A DNA stretch of 59,109 bases, the filler included. It is 2 parts of 2 records of this genome, joined end to end, with 100 filler letters (N's around TTAATTAATTAA, not from the genome) between each part and the next. Parts side by side here need not be neighbours in the genome. Positions count along the whole stretch, not along the records: positions 28,461 to 59,109 come from SRR20825006_396; 1 more part is not named here. One strand, given 5' to 3'. Below, piece by piece: positions 42,532-51,092 of this stretch; position 1 is the first letter of the stretch; each line of letters opens with the position of its first letter. Under the pieces are notes generated by a model. The model was not told the origin of the DNA. It worked only from the letters and a program-made list of their open reading frames with translations, and ran no database searches. A program made the position numbers and the translations under genes.

Positions 42532-43743
42532 TTATGCGTCGTCGGTGCTTGCGTCGTTGTTCATGTGGTTGTTGCCACCAACCACCGTCGCGTCGACTGC
42601 GTTCTGCTGCAGGTTGGCACCAAGCACGACTTCCATGTTGAAGGCCGAACCGCTCACCGCTGCACTGGCATCGGCCATGTTGCTGGCGGTCGAGTTGTTG
42701 CTGGCATCACCTTCAAAGTCGTTGCCGTTGGCGTCAGCATCGTCAGCATATGCATAGGCGTTGTAGGTGCCGTTGGCATTGTTCTGAACATTGCTCAGCG
42801 TGTCGTTGTCGACAATGTCGGCCACCTGGCTGATCGCGAAACCAGTGTCGCCGCCGCCGCCCGAGAAGGCGCCATTGAAGACGTTCTCGAAGTTGACATC
42901 GTCACCTGGATCGAATTCGAGCGTGCCGCTGTTGATGAACAGATTGTCCATGGTGGCGGAGCCGATATCGAGGTCGGCGAAGTCATCATCGGAGTTGAAC
43001 GAGTTCGTAGCGTCATCGTCCGAGCTGTTGAACGAGTCCTCGATTTCGACATCCACATCCAGATCAACATCCACGTCGGTGTCAGTTGAGCTGTCAGTAT
43101 TGGTCGAGTTGTCGTTCATCGAGTTATTGACGGACTTATTGTTCGCCACATCTTCAATGTGCGCATCGAGATCGACATCGGTGTCGGTATCGTTGTCCTG
43201 AGAATTGTCATTGAAGGAGTTGGTGTTACCCGAATCCTCAATTTCAACTTCGATGTCGTCGATGGTTGTAGAGCTATCCGTCGAGTTGTCGTTGTTGGAG
43301 TTCGTGTCCGAGTTATCGTTCAGCGAGTCGGCCATGGCGAAGGCCGATGATTGATCCCGGTTATCGGAATTGTCGTTGTTCGAGTTGGTGTCCGAATAGT
43401 CGTTCAGAGAATCTTCGATTTCAACATCGACGTCTGTCGAGTTGTCGGAATTGTCATTCAGAGAATCCTCGATTTCAACATCGACGTCAGTGTCTGTCGA
43501 GTTGTCATTATTCGAATTGGTATCCGAATTGTCGTTCAGGGAATCCTCGATTTCGACATCCAGGTCAGTGTCTGTCGAATTGTCGTTGTTGGAGTTGGTG
43601 TCCGAGTTATCGTTCCCGGAGTCATCCACGTCGATATCGTTGCCGGAATTCGTATTTCCGGAATCTTCAATTTCCAGCTCGATATCGTCGATGTTGGTGG
43701 AATTGTCAGTGGCATTGCCATTGTTGTTGAAGTCGTCAGCCAT
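42532..43743 (-). CDS. Asp/Asn/Ser-rich repeat protein; probable T1SS-secreted structural protein
   Basis: ATG at 43743 after GAGGAG; 403 aa; tandem NDNS..TDxDxDVEIEDSL repeats; no signal peptide, no Cys or Trp. Confidence 0.8.
   Translation of the reverse strand: MADDFNNNGNATDNSTNIDDIELEIEDSGNTNSGNDIDVDDSGNDNSDTNSNNDNSTDTDLDVEIEDSLNDNSDTNSNNDNSTDTDVDVEIEDSLNDNSDNSTDVDVEIEDSLNDYSDTNSNNDNSDNRDQSSAFAMADSLNDNSDTNSNNDNSTDSSTTIDDIEVEIEDSGNTNSFNDNSQDNDTDTDVDLDAHIEDVANNKSVNNSMNDNSTNTDSSTDTDVDVDLDVDVEIEDSFNSSDDDATNSFNSDDDFADLDIGSATMDNLFINSGTLEFDPGDDVNFENVFNGAFSGGGGDTGFAISQVADIVDNDTLSNVQNNANGTYNAYAYADDADANGNDFEGDASNNSTASNMADASAAVSGSAFNMEVVLGANLQQNAVDATVVGGNNHMNNDASTDDA
42979..43707 (-). repeat. Coding tandem repeats (about 26-aa unit NDNSDTNSNNDNSTDTD[LV]DVEIEDSL and shorter variants)
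   Basis: Two near-identical adjacent 78-bp units plus several degenerate copies visible in the translation. Confidence 0.9.
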
Positions 43744-44291
43744 AGTCACTCTCCTCAATGAAAAATAATGGCTGAGCTACCAAGACCTCCTGTCATCTTG
43801 AATGGAGGCATATTTGGGGGCTCATGACCTGCAAGGCATACGCGAGATACACGGGCTACTGGTGCTGCACGCAAAAACTGATCAACACCGTCCAGTCCAG
43901 AACTCAATTACCAAGCACGACGCGGCATTTGCTGCATCGCAGTTTCAAAGTATTGCTGGACGAAAGGCGAAGTATAGTTGCCACTTCAGGCTAGGCTGAA
44001 GGGCCCAATAGTAATCTTATCGACTTAGGACATGTGTTCGGTGCGCGGAGGAGCTAGATCGTTTCCAATCCCCTGTACGGGGGAGAAACCGCACCAGGAA
44101 CTCCATCGAAAGGTTGATTTTGGCCAGCCCGAAGGGGTTAGAGATCAATCTTTTGCATTAGTCTCGCCGGGGAATGAATCACGCCAGAGTCACGCCCGCG
44201 GTGTTAACGTTTTGTCAACCTTGGGAGCGATGGTGCCAAGCACAACTGGGGACAGGCGTTCACAGTAATCGCAAGGTGAGGGAGTGGTAAA

Positions 44292-45146
44292 GTGCGTGAA
44301 AACCTCTATGACGGTCTACGCAGTCCGCGTCAGATCGAAGATCGGCCAATAAAATCCGGCACACTTCGGCTTGTGTTTGTTGCCCCACAACAAGCCATAT
44401 ACCAATGCCTTAGCAGTGCATTACAGGACCATTTTCGCGATGCGGCGGTTTTTCTAGTCGACCGGATCGATGATAGCAGTGATCCGGATCATAGTGTCGG
44501 GCTGGTGCTGCTCGGCGCAGGCGCCCGGGTGATCAGCGTAGATTTCATCGAGCAATGCCGCCGGCGCTTTCCCAATGCGGCCATTGCGGTCGCCGTCGAT
44601 AATGGCCTGCCGGTCGTGGACCCGCAGCTGACCGAGCAGCGACTCATTCAGGGAATCCTGCCCACGTCCCTGCCGCTCGATGTCTGGTTCGCGCTGATGC
44701 GGCTGGTCATGGCCGGCGGTGAATATCTGCCACATGGCGATGGCGCCGCATCGGGCCATTTCGAGCCGGTGCATCGGAGCGCGCCGGGCGCGCTTCCGCT
44801 GACGCCGGCCAGCCAGGCACCAGCGCCCCGGCAAAGACTGGCCGCCGAAATTGCGGTGCAGCAGAGCGACCGGGTCCAGGGTGAGCTGGAAAACGGCCTG
44901 GATACGCTGACGGCGCGGGAGCGGGAGATACTCACTCTTGTGTCGGAAGGGTATCAAAACAAGCTGATTGCCGATCGGATGGCCTTGTCGGAACATACCG
45001 TCAAGGCGCATGTGCACAATCTGATCGCCAAGCTTCGGGTGACCAACCGCACCCAGGCGGCCGCCTATCTGCACGAACACCGGGTCGATAAGAGCGCCCT
45101 TAACACTGGATATGGTGACCGCCGTCGGGCCACCGCCCTGGGGTGA
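44292..45146 (+). CDS. LuxR-family HTH regulator with a degenerate receiver-like N-terminus
   Basis: LTAREREILTLVSEGYQNKLIADRMALSEHTVKAHVHNLIAKLRVTNRTQAA; GGAG RBS. Confidence 0.9.
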   Translation: MRENLYDGLRSPRQIEDRPIKSGTLRLVFVAPQQAIYQCLSSALQDHFRDAAVFLVDRIDDSSDPDHSVGLVLLGAGARVISVDFIEQCRRRFPNAAIAVAVDNGLPVVDPQLTEQRLIQGILPTSLPLDVWFALMRLVMAGGEYLPHGDGAASGHFEPVHRSAPGALPLTPASQAPAPRQRLAAEIAVQQSDRVQGELENGLDTLTAREREILTLVSEGYQNKLIADRMALSEHTVKAHVHNLIAKLRVTNRTQAAAYLHEHRVDKSALNTGYGDRRRATALG

Positions 45147-45634
45147 ATGCCATGCCCAGCCTGGACAAGGTGCTCCAGCAGGTCGGTCAGTTGAACTATG
45201 TGTGGACCAATACGGAAAGCCTGTTCATCTACCTGATCGCCCACCTGGCCGGAACGTCCAAGGACGCTGCGGTCATCATATTCCTGACGCTGAACACCAC
45301 GCGGGCGCGACTGGACCTGCTTGACAGGTTGGCCAAATTGCCGGCAACGCCGCCAGAGACCAGGGCGGCGGTGCTGGACCTGACCGAGCGCCTCAAGAAA
45401 GAGTCCAAGGTCCGGAACAAATACAATCATTGCATCTACTCATTCGACTCCAATGGCGAATTGAGCGGGACGCAATTGATGCGCATTGTCGAGTTTGACG
45501 ATGCGCTCAAATATGGCAAGTCCGAAGCGCTGGACGACAGGGAGTTTGAACGGGTTCAGGCCGCCATCCAGGCGATTACATCGGTCAATCGGGATTTGTG
45601 GGCGTTCTTTGCGGCCAGCGGAATCAAGCCCTGA
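45143..45634 (+). CDS. Hypothetical helical protein, overlapping the LuxR stop codon
   Basis: GTGA overlap with the luxR-like gene (alternative ATG at 45152); contains VGQLNYVWTNTES and VRNKYNHC. Confidence 0.7.
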   Translation: MNAMPSLDKVLQQVGQLNYVWTNTESLFIYLIAHLAGTSKDAAVIIFLTLNTTRARLDLLDRLAKLPATPPETRAAVLDLTERLKKESKVRNKYNHCIYSFDSNGELSGTQLMRIVEFDDALKYGKSEALDDREFERVQAAIQAITSVNRDLWAFFAASGIKP

Positions 45635-45778
45635 ATTGATCAAAAGTTTGCATGGATTGAACAAATAACCGTGAGCGGCGGATGGCCCAGGCGTAAGTTG
45701 TACAATGTATGTTCTTGTTAGGGTAAGATCAGCAGTTCTCGTACAGAACATTGCTGCGTAGAGGGACGGAGGGCGCAG

Positions 45779-46528
45779 ATGGGTATTCAAGCGCCGCACC
45801 ACACAACAATAAGGCTGCTTGGCCCCTGTTGCCTGCTTGTGGGCAACAATCTGGTCCAGGGCGTTCCTGCGAGTTTTTTCCGGATCGCGGCCTATCTGAT
45901 CCTCTCCACCCCCGAACAGGTGCAGGCGCGCAGCCGATTGGCGGCACTGTTCTGGCCCAATGCGGATGACGGCAAGGCGGCAGCCAATCTACGCCAGGCT
46001 GTTGCCCGAATACGGCATGTCCAGGAACAGCATGGATTCACTCTGATCCAGGCCAATGTCTCGACCCTGCACCTGGCCCCTAGCGCTGATGTCTATTGCG
46101 ACCTGATCGAGATGTCCCGGCATATCGAGGGAGAAGTCGTGCTCAACCCGCTGCAGCTTTCGCGCATTTATGGTGGCGAGTTGCTGGCCAATCAGGACTC
46201 GAGCGGGGAGGAATTCGAGGACTGGTTGTCCTCACGACGCAATGAATTGCTGCTGCATGCGGTCGACGGCATTGCCGAGGGATTGCGCCCGGACGTAGTG
46301 TTCACCCAGGCCGAGCGCAGCATCTGTGCGCGGCGTCTGCTCGAACTCGATCCCTATCGGGAAGACGCGGTTTGCGTCTTGATGGAGGAGGCGGCGGAGC
46401 GCCGGCACTATGCCAGGGTGAACGAGCTTTACACCGCCATGCGGAGCGTATTGTCCAACGAGCTGGGCGTCGAACCGAGCGCAGAAACGCGGGCGCTTTA
46501 TGCCAGTTTGATGGAAACCGTGCGCTGA
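45779..46528 (+). CDS. SARP/BTAD-domain transcriptional regulator (stand-alone)
   Basis: IRLLG, RSRLAALFWP..ANLRQ, FEDWL, LELDPYREDA, ELGVEPSAET. Confidence 0.85.
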   Translation: MGIQAPHHTTIRLLGPCCLLVGNNLVQGVPASFFRIAAYLILSTPEQVQARSRLAALFWPNADDGKAAANLRQAVARIRHVQEQHGFTLIQANVSTLHLAPSADVYCDLIEMSRHIEGEVVLNPLQLSRIYGGELLANQDSSGEEFEDWLSSRRNELLLHAVDGIAEGLRPDVVFTQAERSICARRLLELDPYREDAVCVLMEEAAERRHYARVNELYTAMRSVLSNELGVEPSAETRALYASLMETVR

Positions 46529-46544
46529 CGGCGCGCGTCATGGC

Positions 46545-47675
46545 TCATGCGAAAGCGGTCAGGATCGCGCCATGCATGGGTTTGGCCTGCCACTCGCGAT
46601 CATAGGGCAGACCGCGATTGGCCGCGCTGCGCTGGGTGCGCAGCCAGGAATGGCTGTCGCTCAATCCCCAGGTGCTGACCCCCAGGACATTGTTGAACTG
46701 CAAGACGATATCGAGGTAGCGGCGGGTTTCGTCGGCCACCAGCGCATCGCGCCGCTCGATGGAGAGGCCGGTATTGGCCTCGGCGACATCGAGCTCGGTG
46801 ATCGCCACCTTGAGCCCCATGCTGCGAATATCGCGCATCATGCCATAAATGCCATCGGCATAGACATTGCCTTTGCGCAGATCCAGATGCGCCTGCAGGC
46901 CGACCGTGTCGACCGGCGCTCCGCGCGAGCGTAGGCGTTCAAGCAGCCGCAGCAGCGAGAGGCGGCGCTGGCCTTCATAGCCGCTATCATATTCGAGCCC
47001 GTATTCATTGATGACCATGCGGGCACGCGGCGCGCGGCTCTTGGCCGCCTCCAGGGCCCGCTCGATATAGGCTTCGCCGAAGGCCTTGTAGAACTGGTTC
47101 TGCCGCAACCCGTTTCCGCCGTGACTGGGTTCGATCGGTTCGTTGACCACGTCCCATTCGCGCACCTGGCTGCCATAGCGGCCAATGACCTTTGAAAAAT
47201 GATCGTCGATCAGCGCCCAGTCACGATCGGACGCCAGGGCCGAGGCCGCCCAGCGCGGCAGGCTCTTGTGCCAGAGCAGCGTGTGGCCGCGCATGGCCAG
47301 GCCATTGCGGGAGGCAAAGCTGGCGAGCTGGTCCATCTCACCATAATTGTAATTGCGGCTGGGCGCGATGGAGTCCCATTTCATGGCCCATTCAGGGGTG
47401 ATGATGGAACAGTCGCGCACAACGCTGGAGCGGAACCGGCTGTCGCCCAGGGTCGCGCTCTGAATGGCGGCGCCGAAATAAAGACCGCGCGAGGATGCCG
47501 CCGAGCGCAGTGCGCGGACCGGCGGCGGCGTGGCGGGGCGAGGCTGGCGCGCCTGCGGCTGGTCCGGGGTAGCGGTGACCGATCCGGTCTGCGTCGTGTC
47601 GACACGGGCGCAGCCGATCAGCTGCCCGACAGTCAGCGCAGCGGCTGCACCTATGATGAGATCTCGACGCTTCAC
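46545..47675 (-). CDS. Glycoside hydrolase family 10 (endo-beta-xylanase-like), Tat-exported lipoprotein
   Basis: GTG start at 47675 after GGAGG; KRRDLI twin-arginine and LIGC lipobox; PEWAMKW, RGHTLLWH, WDVVNEP (acid/base), GLQAH, ITELDV (nucleophile). Confidence 0.9.
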   Translation of the reverse strand: MKRRDLIIGAAAALTVGQLIGCARVDTTQTGSVTATPDQPQARQPRPATPPPVRALRSAASSRGLYFGAAIQSATLGDSRFRSSVVRDCSIITPEWAMKWDSIAPSRNYNYGEMDQLASFASRNGLAMRGHTLLWHKSLPRWAASALASDRDWALIDDHFSKVIGRYGSQVREWDVVNEPIEPSHGGNGLRQNQFYKAFGEAYIERALEAAKSRAPRARMVINEYGLEYDSGYEGQRRLSLLRLLERLRSRGAPVDTVGLQAHLDLRKGNVYADGIYGMMRDIRSMGLKVAITELDVAEANTGLSIERRDALVADETRRYLDIVLQFNNVLGVSTWGLSDSHSWLRTQRSAANRGLPYDREWQAKPMHGAILTAFA

Positions 47676-47889
47676 TGGTGCCTCCCCGAATCGAACACCG
47701 ACCAACCCTGCCAATAGAAAAATGAAGCAAGGACCGGAACGCGGCAATTAGACAGAACTATCTAGATCGTTGTATTAGTAGCACCATTTCAAATCAAAAG
47801 TTAGACTATCCGCTAACAGAGTCATTTGATGCGGGAGAGGTTCTGCAGAAAGCTTTGTGGTACAGCAACTTTGTTAGTGGTGAGTCGAG

Positions 47890-48528
47890 ATGCACAAGTT
47901 ATCACAAGTAGTAAACACGAGAATATTGGGCATTTCTACTGCCCTAACACTTATGGCGGCACTGCCCGCTGCGGCCGAATCGCTGGTCGTTATATCCATG
48001 GCTGGAGAGGCCTATGACGGCCCACCTAGCTTTGATCTTTTGATCGATGACAAGGTGATTGGCAGCGGCACGCTGCGCATGGCGATCGAAACCGAAGCCG
48101 ATGGGCGCCTGTTTACCAAACCGCGCCCCAGCTCGTTCCTGGAAGAGTTTTCCTTCACGGTCTCCGATGACCTGCTGACCCCGGACGCTGAAATCAGCCT
48201 GGTGCTGACCAATGACAAGTTTACCCGCATGGACGGCGCCGGCGAGGACGGGGTGCTCGACCGCAACCTGTTCATCGACTTCGTGCGGGTCAACGACATC
48301 GAGGTGACGTCAGCCGATATGGTGCTGATCCATGATGGCGATGTGGTGCAATATAACTACCAGGCGGGACTGTTGCCGATCTATGAGGCAGGGTTTCGTG
48401 CGGTGGCGCGGGCGCCCGAGGGCGGCTGGCTGAATGGCGCCGTTGCCCGGGTCGGTATGCTCGATATCCCCTTGCCCTTGCCGCGACCGAAGGATCTGAC
48501 GCTCGACGTCGGCCTGGTGCAGCAATGA
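47890..48528 (+). CDS. Exported protein with a CBM60-like Ca-dependent carbohydrate-binding domain
   Basis: Signal peptide; [19 protein letters not shown] and [13 protein letters not shown] match my recollection of the Ca-dependent xylan-binding module pattern. Confidence 0.65.
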   Translation: MHKLSQVVNTRILGISTALTLMAALPAAAESLVVISMAGEAYDGPPSFDLLIDDKVIGSGTLRMAIETEADGRLFTKPRPSSFLEEFSFTVSDDLLTPDAEISLVLTNDKFTRMDGAGEDGVLDRNLFIDFVRVNDIEVTSADMVLIHDGDVVQYNYQAGLLPIYEAGFRAVARAPEGGWLNGAVARVGMLDIPLPLPRPKDLTLDVGLVQQ

Positions 48529-49607
48529 GCCCGCAGCATAAAGTGACCAGGCCGGTGCGCCAGATCCGCACCGGCCAGGGGACAGTTACGCCCAAATCCA
48601 TCTGCGTAACCGGTGGGGCGGGGTTCCTTGGTTCGCATCTGTGTGCCCGCCTGATTGGCGAGGGACACCGGGTCACCTGCATCGACAATTTTCACACCGG
48701 CCGTCCGGCCAATGTGGCGGCCCTGGCGCGCAGCAACCGCTTCGAATTGGTCGAGCACGACGTGATGGACACCCTGCCCGAGCAATTGCCGGCCTTTGAC
48801 GAAATCTACAATCTCGCCTGCCCGGCCTCCCCGGTGCATTATCAGAGCGATCCGGTCCGAACCGCGCTGATCTGCGCGGAGGGTGCCGCCAATGTGCTTT
48901 ATCGTGCCCAGCGAGACGGCGCCCGGGTGATGCATGCATCAACCTCGGAAGTTTATGGCGACCCAGAAGTCCACCCGCAGCGCGAGGACTATTGCGGCAA
49001 CGTCAACACGGTCGGCCCGCGCTCCTGCTATGACGAAGGCAAGCGTTTTGCCGAGACGCTGCTCACCGACTTCGGCCGCCAAAGCGGTGTGGTGGTCAAG
49101 ATTGTGCGCATCTTCAATACCTATGGCCCCCGCATGCAGCCTGATGACGGTCGCGTGGTCTCCAATTTCATCCTCCAGGCCCTGCGCGGCGAGGACATCA
49201 CGATCTATGGCCTGGGCCAGCAGACCCGCTCGTTCTGTTACGTCGATGATCTGATCGAGGGCTTTGTCCGCCTCATGGCGTCAGGTCCGGAAGTCGATGG
49301 ACCCGTCAATATCGGCAATCCCACCGAGATTACTGTGGGCGAGTTGGCGCGCATCATCATCGAGATGACTGGTTCACCGTCAAAGCTCGTTCATCTGCCC
49401 CTGCCGGTCGATGATCCGCGCCGCCGGCGTCCCGACATCACCCGTGCCAGCACCCTGCTCGGCTGGGGGCCGCGCGTGCCCCTGACCGAAGGGCTGGAAA
49501 AAACCATCCGCTTCTTTGCCAGCCTCAACCAGACGCTGGCGCCAGCAACGCGCCGTGGACCGGTCTTTGCACCGGCCACCCAGAGTGAGCCCTTCGTACA
49601 AATCTAG
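48525..49607 (+). CDS. uxs: UDP-glucuronate decarboxylase (UDP-xylose synthase)
   Basis: [68 protein letters not shown]. Confidence 0.92.
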   Translation: MSPQHKVTRPVRQIRTGQGTVTPKSICVTGGAGFLGSHLCARLIGEGHRVTCIDNFHTGRPANVAALARSNRFELVEHDVMDTLPEQLPAFDEIYNLACPASPVHYQSDPVRTALICAEGAANVLYRAQRDGARVMHASTSEVYGDPEVHPQREDYCGNVNTVGPRSCYDEGKRFAETLLTDFGRQSGVVVKIVRIFNTYGPRMQPDDGRVVSNFILQALRGEDITIYGLGQQTRSFCYVDDLIEGFVRLMASGPEVDGPVNIGNPTEITVGELARIIIEMTGSPSKLVHLPLPVDDPRRRRPDITRASTLLGWGPRVPLTEGLEKTIRFFASLNQTLAPATRRGPVFAPATQSEPFVQI

Positions 49608-49634
49608 TTTTAGTAACAGAGTGAGTGATGAACC

Positions 49635-51065
49635 ATGCGCCTCATTATTATCGGTTCGGGTTATGTCGGTTTGGTTTCGGGCGCATGCCTGGCGGAGCTG
49701 GGACACCACGTCATGTGCGTGGACAATGATGCAAACAAGGTCGAGCAGCTTCAGGCCGGCCAGATCCCCATCTATGAACCGCAGCTCTCCGAGATGATCA
49801 CCCGAAATGTGGCGCAGGGACGCCTGGGCTTCACGAGCCGGTTGCCGGCGCTGGGCAAGGAGATACATGCGGTCATGATCGCGGTTGGCACGCCGCCCCA
49901 GACCAATGGCAGCGCTGATCTCAGCGCCATTTTCGCGGTCGCCGAGGAAGTTGCCTCCAAGGCCATCCATCCGCAAATGGTGATCATCAAATCCACGGTA
50001 CCGGTCGGCACTGGCGACAGCGTGCAGGCGTTGATGCACAAGGCGCGACCCGAATTGCACTTCTCGGTGATCTCCAATCCCGAATTCCTGCGCGAAGGCT
50101 CGGCCATTGATGACTTCATGGCGCCGGACCGCATCGTGGTGGGCGCCGGAGACGAAACCGCGCGCAATACGCTGCGGGCGCTCTATGCGCCGCTGGAGCA
50201 GACCGGAACGCAGGTGGTCTGCATGGGCCGGCGGGATGCCGAACTGGTCAAATGCGCCGCCAATGCGTTCCTGGCCACCAAGATCGCCTTCATCAATGAA
50301 ATGGCGGATCTGTGCGAAGCGGTCGGTGCTGATGTCGACCAGGTGGCCCATGGCATCGGGCTGGACGAGCGGATCGGCGCGGCTTTCCTGCAGGCCGGAC
50401 CGGGCTATGGCGGGTCGTGCTTCCCCAAGGACACGACAGCGCTGCAGGCCATTGCCCAGGAGCATGGGATCAATCTGCGACTGGTCGAAACCGTCATTGC
50501 CTCCAATGAGGCGCGCAAGCGCGCGATGGGCCGCCGGGTGTCGAGGGCGCTGCATGGCGACTTGTCCGGGCGGGTCGTGGCGGTGCTGGGCCTGACCTTC
50601 AAGCCCAATACGGACGACATGCGTGATTCACCGTCCCTGGCCCTGATCGATGCCCTGCAACGGGCCGGTGCAAAGGTGCAAGTGTTTGATCCGCAAGGCA
50701 TGAATCGGGCCCGTGCGCATCTGCCCGATGTCCATTTTGCGGACAATGCCTATCTCTGTGCCGAAGGGGCGGATTGCACCGTTCTGGCCACCCATTGGCC
50801 CGAATTTGCCACGCTGGACGCCGAGCGGCTGGCGCGGCTGGTGCGTAATAAGGTCTTGGTGGACCTGCGCAATTTCCTCGATCAACAGGCCTTTCTCAAT
50901 GCCGGTTTTGCGGTCCACGCCATTGGGCGATCGCCGCAGCAGCCCCGGCGCCATAACGTGGTCGCGGTGCCCCAGCTCAGCGCCCGCACCCCGTCCAGGA
51001 GGGCCTACATGAACGGGACAGCGCACCGTCCGAGCCGGGCCCTGCAAGATGGCATGAGCGGCTAG
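49635..51065 (+). CDS. ugd: UDP-glucose 6-dehydrogenase
   Basis: GSGYVGL, IAVGTP, KSTVPVG, SNPEFLREG, GYGGSCFPKD, FKPNTDDMR. Confidence 0.93.
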   Translation: MRLIIIGSGYVGLVSGACLAELGHHVMCVDNDANKVEQLQAGQIPIYEPQLSEMITRNVAQGRLGFTSRLPALGKEIHAVMIAVGTPPQTNGSADLSAIFAVAEEVASKAIHPQMVIIKSTVPVGTGDSVQALMHKARPELHFSVISNPEFLREGSAIDDFMAPDRIVVGAGDETARNTLRALYAPLEQTGTQVVCMGRRDAELVKCAANAFLATKIAFINEMADLCEAVGADVDQVAHGIGLDERIGAAFLQAGPGYGGSCFPKDTTALQAIAQEHGINLRLVETVIASNEARKRAMGRRVSRALHGDLSGRVVAVLGLTFKPNTDDMRDSPSLALIDALQRAGAKVQVFDPQGMNRARAHLPDVHFADNAYLCAEGADCTVLATHWPEFATLDAERLARLVRNKVLVDLRNFLDQQAFLNAGFAVHAIGRSPQQPRRHNVVAVPQLSARTPSRRAYMNGTAHRPSRALQDGMSG

Positions 51066-51092
51066 AACCAGCGTCGCGAGAGGGGGCAGGTT

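Noticed and set aside
42979-43707. Repeated DNA units considered as a CRISPR array
   Set aside because: Units are in-frame coding repeats with synonymous variation, no unique spacers, and no cas genes in the window.
40418-43743. RTX toxin/adhesin assignment for the T1SS-linked proteins
   Set aside because: No GGxGxDxL nonapeptide arrays; only one isolated GGDGD in the large protein.
44054-44063. CTAGATCGTT occurs in both divergent promoter regions (44054-44063 and 47762-47771)
   Set aside because: One shared 10-mer between regions of this size is plausible by chance; it needs conservation evidence.
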